Assembly (NCBI GenBank): GCA_018304505.1
Contig: JAGVWA010000018.1
Coordinates: 1 to 53,203, forward strand
Direction: 5' to 3'
Length of the DNA: 53,203 nucleotides
Source: Nanobdellati archaeon
GTDB lineage: Archaea; B1Sed10-29; JAGVWA01
The notes under the pieces are model-generated. The model was not told the origin of the DNA, did no database searches, and saw only the letters and a list, made by a program, of their open reading frames with translations. Position 1 is the stretch's first letter; each line of letters starts with the position of its first letter. A program made the position numbers and the translations under genes. Below are positions 36,260 to 45,284 of the stretch, piece after piece.

Positions 36260-36430
36260 ATGTGGCAGAGCGACAGTGCAGTGCATGGGGACGAACCCGA
36301 GGCTTCTCAAAAACCGCAGGGCCAAACCCCAGTAACAGAAGATACGCCAAAAAATGTAGAAATACCGATAGACAGGGGCACGGATCCGAAAGACCACTAC
36401 ACCCTTTTGAAGCAAGAGTTTTCGTTTTAG
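36260..36430 (+). CDS. Possible small hypothetical protein (56 aa)
   Basis: Fills the msrB-fen gap; start uncertain. Confidence 0.3.
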   Translation: MWQSDSAVHGDEPEASQKPQGQTPVTEDTPKNVEIPIDRGTDPKDHYTLLKQEFSF

Positions 36431-36493
36431 GCCTTTGACGCACGCGCATCGGCACGCGGAACGTTTTTAAAACCCTTTTCCTTTCAGATAAGC

Positions 36494-37519
36494 ATGGGCG
36501 TAGAACTCGGCGAATTGCTTGAAAAGGAAAAAATCGAGCTTTCGTCGTTGTCTGGAAGAAAAATCGCTATCGATGCGTTTAACACGCTCTACCAGTTTTT
36601 GTCGATCATCAGGCAGCCTGACGGCACGCCGTTAATGGACTCCCGTGGCAGGGTGACATCGCACCTATCAGGCTTGTTGTACCGCACGGCAAACGTAATA
36701 AAAGAAGGCATCTATCCAGTATACGTTTTTGACGGCAAGCCGCCTGAGTTGAAGCACAAGACCATCGAAGAACGAAAGCAGGTTCGGAAAAAGTCAATGG
36801 AAAAATGGGATGCGGCGCTAGAGCGGGGCGAAAAAGAAGAAGCCCGCAAGTACGCGCAGGCCTCGTCAAGACTGACAAATGAAATGATTGAAAACTCAAA
36901 GCAACTCCTGGACGTGTTAAATGTTCCGTATGTTGATGCGCCCGGGGAGGGGGAAGCGCAGGCAAGTTTCATGGCACGCAAAGGCGACGTGTGGGCTAGT
37001 GCGTCGCAGGACTTCGATTCCTTGCTGTTTAATTCACCAATCCTCATTCGGAACTTGACCATAACAGGACGTAGAAAATTGCCGCGGCGCAACGTTTACG
37101 TCATGGTTGAGCCTGAAAAAATCATCTTGGACGCAAACCTGCAGAGGCTTAAAATCACTAGGGAGCAGTTGATTGACATCGCGTTGCTGATGGGCACAGA
37201 CTACAACGAGGGCATAAAGGGCATTGGCCCAAAAACCGCGTTGCAGTACATCGAAAAAGGCATGACTGCCGATGATGTTTACAAGCAGAAGCAAGCAAAG
37301 CCCGAAGTTGACCTGAAGCAACTACGGCAGCTGTTCCTGAAACCAGATGTTACAAAGAAGTACGCGCTGAAATGGAAAAAACCCGATGACGAAAAAGTGC
37401 TGGACTTGATGGTTAACGAATTTGACTTTTCACAAGATAGGGTGCAAAGTGCCCTTGAAAAAATCCACGGGCACTTAGAAACAAAAGGGGCCCAGTCGAG
37501 GCTGGACCAGTGGTTTTAG
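36494..37519 (+). CDS. fen: Flap endonuclease 1
   Basis: MGV, IDAFN.LYQF, FDGKPP, EGEAQ, SQDFD, GTDYN; PIP box QSRLDQWF. Confidence 0.98.
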   Translation: MGVELGELLEKEKIELSSLSGRKIAIDAFNTLYQFLSIIRQPDGTPLMDSRGRVTSHLSGLLYRTANVIKEGIYPVYVFDGKPPELKHKTIEERKQVRKKSMEKWDAALERGEKEEARKYAQASSRLTNEMIENSKQLLDVLNVPYVDAPGEGEAQASFMARKGDVWASASQDFDSLLFNSPILIRNLTITGRRKLPRRNVYVMVEPEKIILDANLQRLKITREQLIDIALLMGTDYNEGIKGIGPKTALQYIEKGMTADDVYKQKQAKPEVDLKQLRQLFLKPDVTKKYALKWKKPDDEKVLDLMVNEFDFSQDRVQSALEKIHGHLETKGAQSRLDQWF

Positions 37520-37536
37520 CTTAAGACATTAGTGTC

Positions 37537-37827
37537 CTATTTTCTAAGCAAGCTTGCAATTGCGTCGTCGCAAATCATACGTTCTGCTGATGCTGCGCCG
37601 CCTGTTAATTGCATTACATCCCTGCGGAATTCACCCCAAGACCTTAGTTCCACGTCTCTGTTGAGCCGCTCTTGCTCTCCTGGTAGCTGCCTTGTTAAGC
37701 CTGCCACCTGTACCCGTAAATGAACGGATTCTGGAGCACGTGCGCGTCGGTCTTGCAAAGCACTCAGTTGTGCCTCGAGTGGCGTTGCATTTGCATCTAT
37801 AAATTTGTCCCACATGTATTTTTTCAC
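37537..37827 (-). CDS. Hypothetical protein
   Basis: GTG start with overlapping GAGG, TTTATATA upstream, helical composition. Confidence 0.45.
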   Translation of the reverse strand: MKKYMWDKFIDANATPLEAQLSALQDRRARAPESVHLRVQVAGLTRQLPGEQERLNRDVELRSWGEFRRDVMQLTGGAASAERMICDDAIASLLRK

Positions 37828-37931
37828 CTCTGTTAGGTTATTACAATATATTTGCAGGTCTTCCTATATAAAGGTTTCCTTACACAAATGTAACGATAAC
37901 TTTATATATCAAAGTAAATTAATATTACAAT

Positions 37932-38189
37932 ATGATTAAGGAAACCCGCGTTAAGATAGACCTTAGGATCGACCTGTTCCTGAACAAAATAGTGACTCAG
38001 GCGTTGAACATTGCGGTACTCACCGGGCTGGCGCTGCCGTTCATAAGCACGTCTACGTGGCGCTTCGAATTCGACCAGGCCCTGATAAGCAACGACAAAT
38101 ACATAATCTTCATTTTCGTCCTCGCCTTGCTCAACTACTTATGGCACAGGCAACACGAAAAAGCCAAAGCTGCAACTGGAAAGAAGTAA
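37932..38189 (+). CDS. Small 2-TM membrane protein
   Basis: Two hydrophobic segments; TTTATATA upstream. Confidence 0.6.
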   Translation: MIKETRVKIDLRIDLFLNKIVTQALNIAVLTGLALPFISTSTWRFEFDQALISNDKYIIFIFVLALLNYLWHRQHEKAKAATGKK

Positions 38190-38218
38190 TTTAAACCTCC
38201 TCCACTTTTTATTAATCC

Positions 38219-38779
38219 ATGGAGCCAATAACAGAAAAGCTAATTGACGAACTGCTAAAAGAGCTGGTTTTCTACATAGAACAGAACAACACGACAGAGC
38301 TCAGGGAGCTCAGCAACCGCATAATCGAACGAGCCCTGGTATTCGAAGATTCAAGGCTGATCGACATTTCGCTAACAGCCTACGCACTGTCAAAATTGCT
38401 GTCAAAGCCACACATCATGGATCAAAAGGGCTTCAAAAAACTCAAGGTCCAACTCATCAAGCTGATCGAAAAAGAGGTCAAGGAAGAGCAGACAATACTG
38501 CACATGGAGCACATCCTAGAAAAGGTAATGAAGCTAATCAGCGAATATGATGACAAGGAAGGCAACTACCTCCAGGACGTGATTGAAAAGGCGCGGCTAA
38601 AACAGGCAAGCCGAGCCTACGCGCTAGGCCTGAGCTTAAGACGGGCGGCTGAACTAACAAGGGTAAATACAGCAGCGCTGCTGCCTTATGTCGGCCAAAC
38701 AAAAATACACGACAGGCCGTACACGCAATCAAAAGGCCTCAAGGCGCGATACCAAAGCCTGAAAAAGGTGATGCAATGA
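38219..38779 (+). CDS. Helical protein with C-terminal UPF0175-like HTH
   Basis: GLSLRRAAELT.V HTH; ATGA overlap with the PIN gene. Confidence 0.65.
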   Translation: MEPITEKLIDELLKELVFYIEQNNTTELRELSNRIIERALVFEDSRLIDISLTAYALSKLLSKPHIMDQKGFKKLKVQLIKLIEKEVKEEQTILHMEHILEKVMKLISEYDDKEGNYLQDVIEKARLKQASRAYALGLSLRRAAELTRVNTAALLPYVGQTKIHDRPYTQSKGLKARYQSLKKVMQ

Positions 38780-39432
38780 ACACAATCGTGTGCGACGCAA
38801 GCTCACTAATTTCGCTGTCAGACAACTGCCTGTTCAAGGTGCTCTTGGGGCTATCGAAAAACGTAGAATTCATAATCCCGCCAGGTGTCCTTGGCGAAAT
38901 AATAGAAAACCCCATGCACTCTAAGCGTTTTGAACTAAAGGCCATAATGATGAAGGACTACCTGACAAGCGGCGCAATCAAGGTATCAAACAACAAGGGC
39001 ATACAAGATAAAACTGAGCGGATAATAAACGTGTCTAATCAGCTGCTCATGCACAAGAAACGGCCAATAAAGATAATTCACCAGGGCGAAGCAGAGGCCA
39101 TAGCGTGCCTGCAGGACCGCGATTTGCGGTACCTACTTATTGATGAGCGCACGACGAGGCTCTTGATTGAAGACACCGACCAGCTAAAGGACTACATCGA
39201 AAACCGCACCGGGCTCAAGTTAACTGTTAATGAAAAATCGCGAAGAGAACTAGAGCCATACATAACGGGCATTAATGTCGTCAGGTCTGCAGAGCTGCTT
39301 GCCTATGCGCACGAGCAGGGCCTTCTCGAGGAATATGGAAAACACGGCTTTGAAGCAGCATTGTGGGCCCTAAAATTCTCCGGGTGCTCAATAACAAATT
39401 CAGAGATCGATGAATACCTCCGCATGTTCTAA
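38776..39432 (+). CDS. PIN-domain protein (DUF3368-like)
   Basis: IVCDASSLI, IPPGV..E, HQGEAEAIA, LIDER. Confidence 0.8.
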   Translation: MNTIVCDASSLISLSDNCLFKVLLGLSKNVEFIIPPGVLGEIIENPMHSKRFELKAIMMKDYLTSGAIKVSNNKGIQDKTERIINVSNQLLMHKKRPIKIIHQGEAEAIACLQDRDLRYLLIDERTTRLLIEDTDQLKDYIENRTGLKLTVNEKSRRELEPYITGINVVRSAELLAYAHEQGLLEEYGKHGFEAALWALKFSGCSITNSEIDEYLRMF

Positions 39433-39488
39433 CCAGCAGAATGTTCTAACAAAGGTTTATTTAAACAACAACATCTAAAAGTGGTACT

Positions 39489-40352
39489 ATGGCGGGTTTA
39501 GATGAGTTAAAGAAGAAGCTCACAGAGAAAGAGCCTGAAGACCTAAAAAAGCGCATGAACAAAACCGGCACAGAGAACAAGCTCGTAAAGAAATTTGAGG
39601 GCACACCCCTACTGGTGTCCCAAACTGAAAAAAAGGCCATGATGTATATGGACAATGACACAATTGAAATTAATAGTGCCCCAGAAAATCCACGGGAATC
39701 CGGAATGGCGTACTTAAAACGGCACAACATAATGCTTGGCGAAGAGGCCCCATTGGAAGAGGTGATGGCTAAAAAGCTAGCCAAGGCCCCAGTTGCGGAA
39801 CCAATCATGGTTGCAGAAGAGATCCAGGCGCAAATGAAAAGACAACAGAGCCAAAAACTAGAACAACCGCTGCCTGCACAAGCCCAATCCCTAGATAAAG
39901 CGCCCATGGCCCGGGAGGCAAGGCCATTTAGGAGCAGGCTTTTCTCCATGCTGACAAAGTCAGAAAAGCCAAAGCAGCAAGAAGAAAATCCGATCATGAC
40001 TGTTGAGGAACACATAGAATCGAAGAAGCGAGAGCAGATGCTGCCAATGCCAAAACCCGAAACGCCAAAAAAGCCGCGCCAGGAGCCGGTTCTTGAGCTC
40101 ACAAAACAAGGCACCTTCAGGGATGCGAACGAGCCTGTGAAGACCCAAGGTGTTGCAGCACCTGAAAACCCTGAGCCACAATTACAGCAGCAGACCGGGA
40201 AATTGATTACTGAAAACGAGATCAACACGGCTCGCGAGGCAATGCGCCACGGCATTCCGCTGCACGAGATCTACGACGCCCTCGACCTGGACGGATTCAA
40301 CAATGCCCAGATACGCGAGATCATAAAAAAGGCGAGTGCGCAACAGCTCTAG
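39489..40352 (+). CDS. Hypothetical protein, largely disordered P/E/K/Q-rich
   Basis: 287-aa ORF with a small C-terminal helical domain (G..L.EI..AL...GF...QI). Confidence 0.65.
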   Translation: MAGLDELKKKLTEKEPEDLKKRMNKTGTENKLVKKFEGTPLLVSQTEKKAMMYMDNDTIEINSAPENPRESGMAYLKRHNIMLGEEAPLEEVMAKKLAKAPVAEPIMVAEEIQAQMKRQQSQKLEQPLPAQAQSLDKAPMAREARPFRSRLFSMLTKSEKPKQQEENPIMTVEEHIESKKREQMLPMPKPETPKKPRQEPVLELTKQGTFRDANEPVKTQGVAAPENPEPQLQQQTGKLITENEINTAREAMRHGIPLHEIYDALDLDGFNNAQIREIIKKASAQQL

Positions 40353-40446
40353 CCTCACAAACTGAAAAACAAATAAAAAAATAGTTTGAAGAGGGCAGCA
40401 CTTTTGCACAGCCCCCCAAATTCTTGGTTTTCATGCTTTTTTGGTT

Positions 40447-41160
40447 TTACTTCTTTTGCTCTTTAATCTGCCCGAAGAAGTTGTCAAACACCCGTTGGTT
40501 CTTTTTAGCTGCTGCAGCTATTGAGTCTTTTAAGCCCAAGCCAAACGCTATTGCCAAACCAAAGCCTATCGCCACGGCTGCTGCTCCAATGAAGAGTTCA
40601 AATGCCCTCTCCAAAATAGCGACCTTGACGCCCGGCAATATCAACGGCAATGCAATGACCAAAGCTATATACGCCACAAACAGTTGTACTACAGCCGCCA
40701 CCATGTTCGTAATTGGCATGCTGCTGCTTCTCTTGATGAGTCTTGCAATGTAGTCTGAGAACAGCAAACCGACCACGAGTATGGCCACACCTTGGATCAA
40801 TGTTGGTACGTATATTACTGCCAACTTTATCAAGTCGGTAAACAATCCTAGGTTGACGACTTCCGTTGCTGTCCCTAAGAATGCGAGTACCACAAAGATC
40901 TTTACCAAGGCGGTTGTTATTCCTGTTAGAGTGAAGCCTAGCAGTACCCTGTCGAGTTTTTGTCTTCTAATGCGTTTCTCTACCTCGATTTGTTCAAACA
41001 CGCGGATGATTACCTGATTTACCACCCAGGCTACAAAGTAACCGAGCACTAGAAAAACAGCGATCACCACGACAGAGATCAGGGCATTCACCAGTTGGGC
41101 TATAAAGCTGCTTAGTGTTTCTGTTAGCTTTGAAAATGTTTGTGTTGCTAAGTCTGCCAT
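40447..41160 (-). CDS. TM-helix-repeat (MscS-associated/CmpX-like) membrane protein
   Basis: YVP.LI.GV.ILV.G, A.AIGFGLA.AFGLG.KD. Confidence 0.82.
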   Translation of the reverse strand: MADLATQTFSKLTETLSSFIAQLVNALISVVVIAVFLVLGYFVAWVVNQVIIRVFEQIEVEKRIRRQKLDRVLLGFTLTGITTALVKIFVVLAFLGTATEVVNLGLFTDLIKLAVIYVPTLIQGVAILVVGLLFSDYIARLIKRSSSMPITNMVAAVVQLFVAYIALVIALPLILPGVKVAILERAFELFIGAAAVAIGFGLAIAFGLGLKDSIAAAAKKNQRVFDNFFGQIKEQKK

Positions 41161-41359
41161 CTGGAATTACACCTCCATCTAAGGGAAACAGCTTTGGCTT
41201 TATAAAGGTTTCCCTAGACTTACCTATAAAATTAACGTCAAGTTATACTCACATTTTTTAGTTCACAATTTGACCTTTGAATTGCTTTCGCGGTAACCCG
41301 AATTGTTTGGAGACCTAAACAACTAAGATAAAACTCAATAAATAAAAACCGATGGATAA

Positions 41360-41648
41360 TTAAGACTTAATAGCCTCTTTTATCTTAGCAACAAACTCTT
41401 TCACTAGCCCAATCCCCTGCATTACATCAAAAATCTGATCAAATGTGATATCAAAATATTCATGCGACAAAAGATTTCTGTAAAACACTAGCCTACCCAA
41501 AGAACTGGACATCCTGCCGTCTATTACATTGTTTTTATTCAAAATAGTGAATATCTCCTTTACTTTTAATGCTCAGCCTATCAAGGTCATCAAAATACAT
41601 CTCAATATCGCTTAGAATCTTGCCGATTCTTTCAGCATCATACTTCAA
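41360..41648 (-). pseudogene. HEPN (DUF86/HepT) toxin pseudogene with internal deletion and frameshift
   Basis: N-part MKYDAERIGKILSDIE.. stops early; C-part KEIFTIL..RNLLSHEY is in another frame; central helix absent. Confidence 0.8.
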
Positions 41649-41649
41649 T

Positions 41650-42012
41650 TTAAACACCCACTGCAGCCAAATGACGTTCTATTGTTGGCTTAAAGTCGAG
41701 ATAATGCCTTATTGCTTCATTAATTATTCTATTAGTCCAGCCCTCATCTTTATTAAAAAGAACTTTTCCTTCTTTTAAGACCCTGTATCGCATGTTAACT
41801 GGTAAATCCCAAAATAACGAGACATCAAGCTTTTTTGAAGAATAACTAAGAATCTCAGCCCAGGTGTCTTTTGAAACATCTTTCGCTGTTATTACACATA
41901 TATCTACGTCTGAATATGGCCTTGCTGTACCCTTTATTGAAGATCCAAACTGAAGAATAACCTTTACACCCTTAATCTTTCTAATGTCATTTACAATTGA
42001 ATTCAACTGCAT
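41650..42012 (-). CDS. MNT nucleotidyltransferase antitoxin
   Basis: FGS..KG.....SDVD.CV, D..LF.DLP; upstream of HEPN. Confidence 0.9.
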   Translation of the reverse strand: MQLNSIVNDIRKIKGVKVILQFGSSIKGTARPYSDVDICVITAKDVSKDTWAEILSYSSKKLDVSLFWDLPVNMRYRVLKEGKVLFNKDEGWTNRIINEAIRHYLDFKPTIERHLAAVGV

Positions 42013-42149
42013 TACATTTTATAAGGGTAAACATGTTAATAAACATATAACTTTTCATTACCAAGCTATTTTAGAGGCCACTCTACTTCAACCAACTTGC
42101 GAATTTGACTTAACTTCTATCAGCTAAGTATAAGTATCCCTACTGACTT

Positions 42150-42872
42150 GTGATTTTCATGTACGAAGTCTCGATCGCTGTTGCAGTGCTTCTGTCGGTT
42201 ATTCACCACATGGCAGACCACCTAGCAGGGCACGTTGAAAAATACAAGAGCAAGCTAAGCAGTTTCAACGCAGGCCTTTTCCTTTCAATCATATTCCTAT
42301 TGTTCCTGCCGGAAATCACTATACGGAACCCCAACCCTAGCATGTGGATTTTTGAGATAATCCTCCTGGGCTTTATAGCCTTTAGGTTTGCAGAGAAATA
42401 CATCTACATCCACATACCAGACAGAAAAATGCGCACAAGGGACCTCGATGAGTTGCACGTTGTCAGCTTCTTCGCCGACAGCTTCGTCATTGGATTCAGC
42501 CTGGTGTTTTTCGAAATCGTTGGATACACGTCCACATTGAATTCAATAGTGATCCTGCCGTTTTTCCTACACACCATTGCCGCCACGCTCTCCATCCACG
42601 TGCTTGTTAAGGGCCTGAAATTAGGCCATTTAGCCAAGCTGGGTTTGTCTTCATCAACAATTATTGGCGCACTTGCGGGAATAGCCATTGGCTCAACGGC
42701 ATTGACAAGCCTCTTCTATCCTATCTTTGCATTCATTACCGGCGTCTTGATTTACATTGTTGTTCGGGAACTAACACCACCAGAAGTACGGGGAACCCCA
42801 GGGTTTCTTGCCCTTGGCGTCCTTGTGGGGATTTTGTCCCTTGACGTGCTAAGAAATTTGTTCACGGTCTAA
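42150..42872 (+). CDS. ZIP-like metal transporter
   Basis: SF.AG..LS.IFL..LPE, LH, G..IY.V.RE..P; multiple TM. Confidence 0.65.
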   Translation: MIFMYEVSIAVAVLLSVIHHMADHLAGHVEKYKSKLSSFNAGLFLSIIFLLFLPEITIRNPNPSMWIFEIILLGFIAFRFAEKYIYIHIPDRKMRTRDLDELHVVSFFADSFVIGFSLVFFEIVGYTSTLNSIVILPFFLHTIAATLSIHVLVKGLKLGHLAKLGLSSSTIIGALAGIAIGSTALTSLFYPIFAFITGVLIYIVVRELTPPEVRGTPGFLALGVLVGILSLDVLRNLFTV

Positions 42873-43761
42873 ATTGACGCAGCGCCTTGATGCGCTTTGC
42901 TGTCAATGGATGAGACATGAAAATTTCGACGAAGCCGTGTTTTTCTTCTTCAGCCATCCTGCCCTCAACGTCATGCAAACTCGTGGCCTGATCAAGGATG
43001 TAGAACGAATTGAGCATGGCATTCCCCGGAACTGGTTTTGACCTTGACAAGCCATAACTGATTTTTGCCAGTGCACTCCCGAGCGCGTCAGGATTCCTGG
43101 TTGCCCTTGCAGAGTGCTCATCAGCGTGGTACTCCCGAACCCTTGACAAATAAAGCACAAGCAGTGACCCTATGAACTGCGCAATCAAGCCCCCAAAGTA
43201 AGCGCCGAGCCAGAATCCAATGCCACCATTGTTCCTGTCCCTGCCGCCCGCCATCATGCCCCCGAAGTAGAAAATGTAGAACAGCAATGTCGGGAGTACC
43301 GATGCAAGCGTCATTATAATTACGTCCCTGTGCTTTATGTGCCCGACTTCATGGGCAATAACGCCCCTCAATTCATCCTTGTCCAGCAAATTCAGCAAGC
43401 CAGTGTGCAGCGCAATGGAACTTGACTTCTGTGTCCTACCAAACGCGAAGGCGTTGGGCGTGTGGTTCTCGACAATGTAAACCTTGGGTGTTGGAACGCC
43501 GGCGTTCTGCGCCTCTGCTGAAACCATGGCAAGTACACCCGAGTCATTGCAATCCCGCATCCGGGTCATGAATTTAATAAGCCATGGACCGATGTACCAC
43601 TGTAGCCCCGTGAAGAACAGCACGAAGGGAATCATGTAAACCAAGGCCGATTCTGCGTTGACGCCGAAGAACCACAGCGCGGCTAGATAAACCAAGGACA
43701 GCAGTGCAAACAGCACAGCCATTGTGACAGCCATTGCCCCGAAGAGCCGATATGAACTCAT
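42862..43761 (-). CDS. htpX: Zinc metalloprotease HtpX (M48)
   Basis: PNAFA.G, HEVGH, SRVREY.AD, SHP....RI. Confidence 0.93.
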   Translation of the reverse strand: MSSYRLFGAMAVTMAVLFALLSLVYLAALWFFGVNAESALVYMIPFVLFFTGLQWYIGPWLIKFMTRMRDCNDSGVLAMVSAEAQNAGVPTPKVYIVENHTPNAFAFGRTQKSSSIALHTGLLNLLDKDELRGVIAHEVGHIKHRDVIIMTLASVLPTLLFYIFYFGGMMAGGRDRNNGGIGFWLGAYFGGLIAQFIGSLLVLYLSRVREYHADEHSARATRNPDALGSALAKISYGLSRSKPVPGNAMLNSFYILDQATSLHDVEGRMAEEEKHGFVEIFMSHPLTAKRIKALRQFRP

Positions 43762-43820
43762 TACCTTAATATCTGTACGAAGTTTTTTATAAAGCTTTCT
43801 TAAGAAATTAAGGCGACACA

Positions 43821-45008
43821 GTGAAACGTATGTTGAACTTTTGCATGACCAACGCCTTTTTTCACCCGTTCATTGGTGGAACAGAAAAGATGATGCTGGA
43901 ACTCGGAAAGAGGCTGGCGAAAAAGACGAATTTTCACGTGCTCACCTCCGCATTGCCAGAGGCGCCGGAAAGCGAAATCTACGAGAACATGACAATCCAT
44001 AGAGTACCAGCTACGCTGCAGAGAATGCCATACCTCTACCCACCGCCAATGGTCTTCGCGCCACAGGCCCGCAAATACCTAAGGGAACTTGATCAGGAAC
44101 AGGACTTTGACGTGTTTAACTGCCACGGCAGGTGGTTTCCGGACTTTGCCTATTCAATTAAGTATGCGCACAAAAACCACAAGTACTCAACATTGACCTT
44201 GCACAACAAGCGGCCACACGGGATTCAAAAGCGCCTGACCGCAATCGGACTCATGTATGAGTACTGGTACGGCATCAACATAATGAAACAAGCCACAAAG
44301 GTAATCGCGGTAAGCGAAGGCGGAAAACGCGACGTGATGAAATACGGCATACCTGAAAGTCATTTCGAAGTTATACACAACGGCGTTGACACCAACAAAG
44401 TGAAGCAAGCAGAACCCACATACAGGGAAAAATACGCCGACGGTTTTGACCATGTAATCGGGTTCCAGGGCCGCGTCATAAAGCAAAAAGGCATCGACTA
44501 CCTAATCGATGCAATGCCCAGCATTCTCGATGAGTTTCCAAAAACAAAGCTCCTCATCGTAGGCAAGGGCAAGATGCTGCCAGAGTTAGAGAAGCAGGTT
44601 TCAAAAAACGGACTGCGGGACAACATCACATTCACGGGCTTTATTCCGGAAGAAGAAATCAACAACATGTTCTCAAGCCTCGACGTGTTTGTCATGCCGA
44701 GCCTCTGGGAAGTGCTGTGCGTCGCGCTGTTGGAGGCCATGTCATGCGGTGTTCCCCTTGTTGCTACAAACGCCACAGGCAATGACGAAATAGTGAAAGA
44801 CGGCGTCAATGGGTACGTCGTTCCAATGCGCCAGCCCGACGCGCTGGCAGAGAAAATCAAAACCCTTCTGCGCGACGATGCGCTGCGGAAAAAGATGGCA
44901 AAGAACAGCCGCGACATCGCAGTAAAAAACTTCGAATGGGACATCATCGCAAAGCAAACGCTTGATTTTTATGAGAGGGAAACTAATGAGTTCTACAAAA
45001 CGCGTTAA
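43821..45008 (+). CDS. GT4 family glycosyltransferase
   Basis: GG.E, NGVD, GR..QKG, PS.WE....LLEAM.CG.P. Confidence 0.92.
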   Translation: MKRMLNFCMTNAFFHPFIGGTEKMMLELGKRLAKKTNFHVLTSALPEAPESEIYENMTIHRVPATLQRMPYLYPPPMVFAPQARKYLRELDQEQDFDVFNCHGRWFPDFAYSIKYAHKNHKYSTLTLHNKRPHGIQKRLTAIGLMYEYWYGINIMKQATKVIAVSEGGKRDVMKYGIPESHFEVIHNGVDTNKVKQAEPTYREKYADGFDHVIGFQGRVIKQKGIDYLIDAMPSILDEFPKTKLLIVGKGKMLPELEKQVSKNGLRDNITFTGFIPEEEINNMFSSLDVFVMPSLWEVLCVALLEAMSCGVPLVATNATGNDEIVKDGVNGYVVPMRQPDALAEKIKTLLRDDALRKKMAKNSRDIAVKNFEWDIIAKQTLDFYERETNEFYKTR

Positions 45009-45104
45009 TGAGTCAATGAGAAGAACGTTTTTATACCCTGATTTTCTATAACAACCGGGATAATAACACAAACAAAACACAAAAAGAAAACGGAGGAATA
45101 AAAC

Positions 45105-45266
45105 ATGTGGGAAAATCAAGAGCCTTCACAACCAGTGCATTGGCCAACAATTGTCGGAACCGACATTCGGAAAGTGACATTGGCTGCCTTGCTGTCCAAC
45201 GAGAATGAAAACCCCCCAAAACAGATCGGGGCGCATGGCCTGGATTGTTTAAGCACCTATGACTAA
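45105..45266 (+). CDS. Possible 53-aa protein (not in ORF track)
   Basis: GGAGG SD 9 nt upstream of ATG; TTTTTATA further upstream. Confidence 0.45.
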   Translation: MWENQEPSQPVHWPTIVGTDIRKVTLAALLSNENENPPKQIGAHGLDCLSTYD

Positions 45267-45284
45267 TGGACCCGCGCGCGTGTT

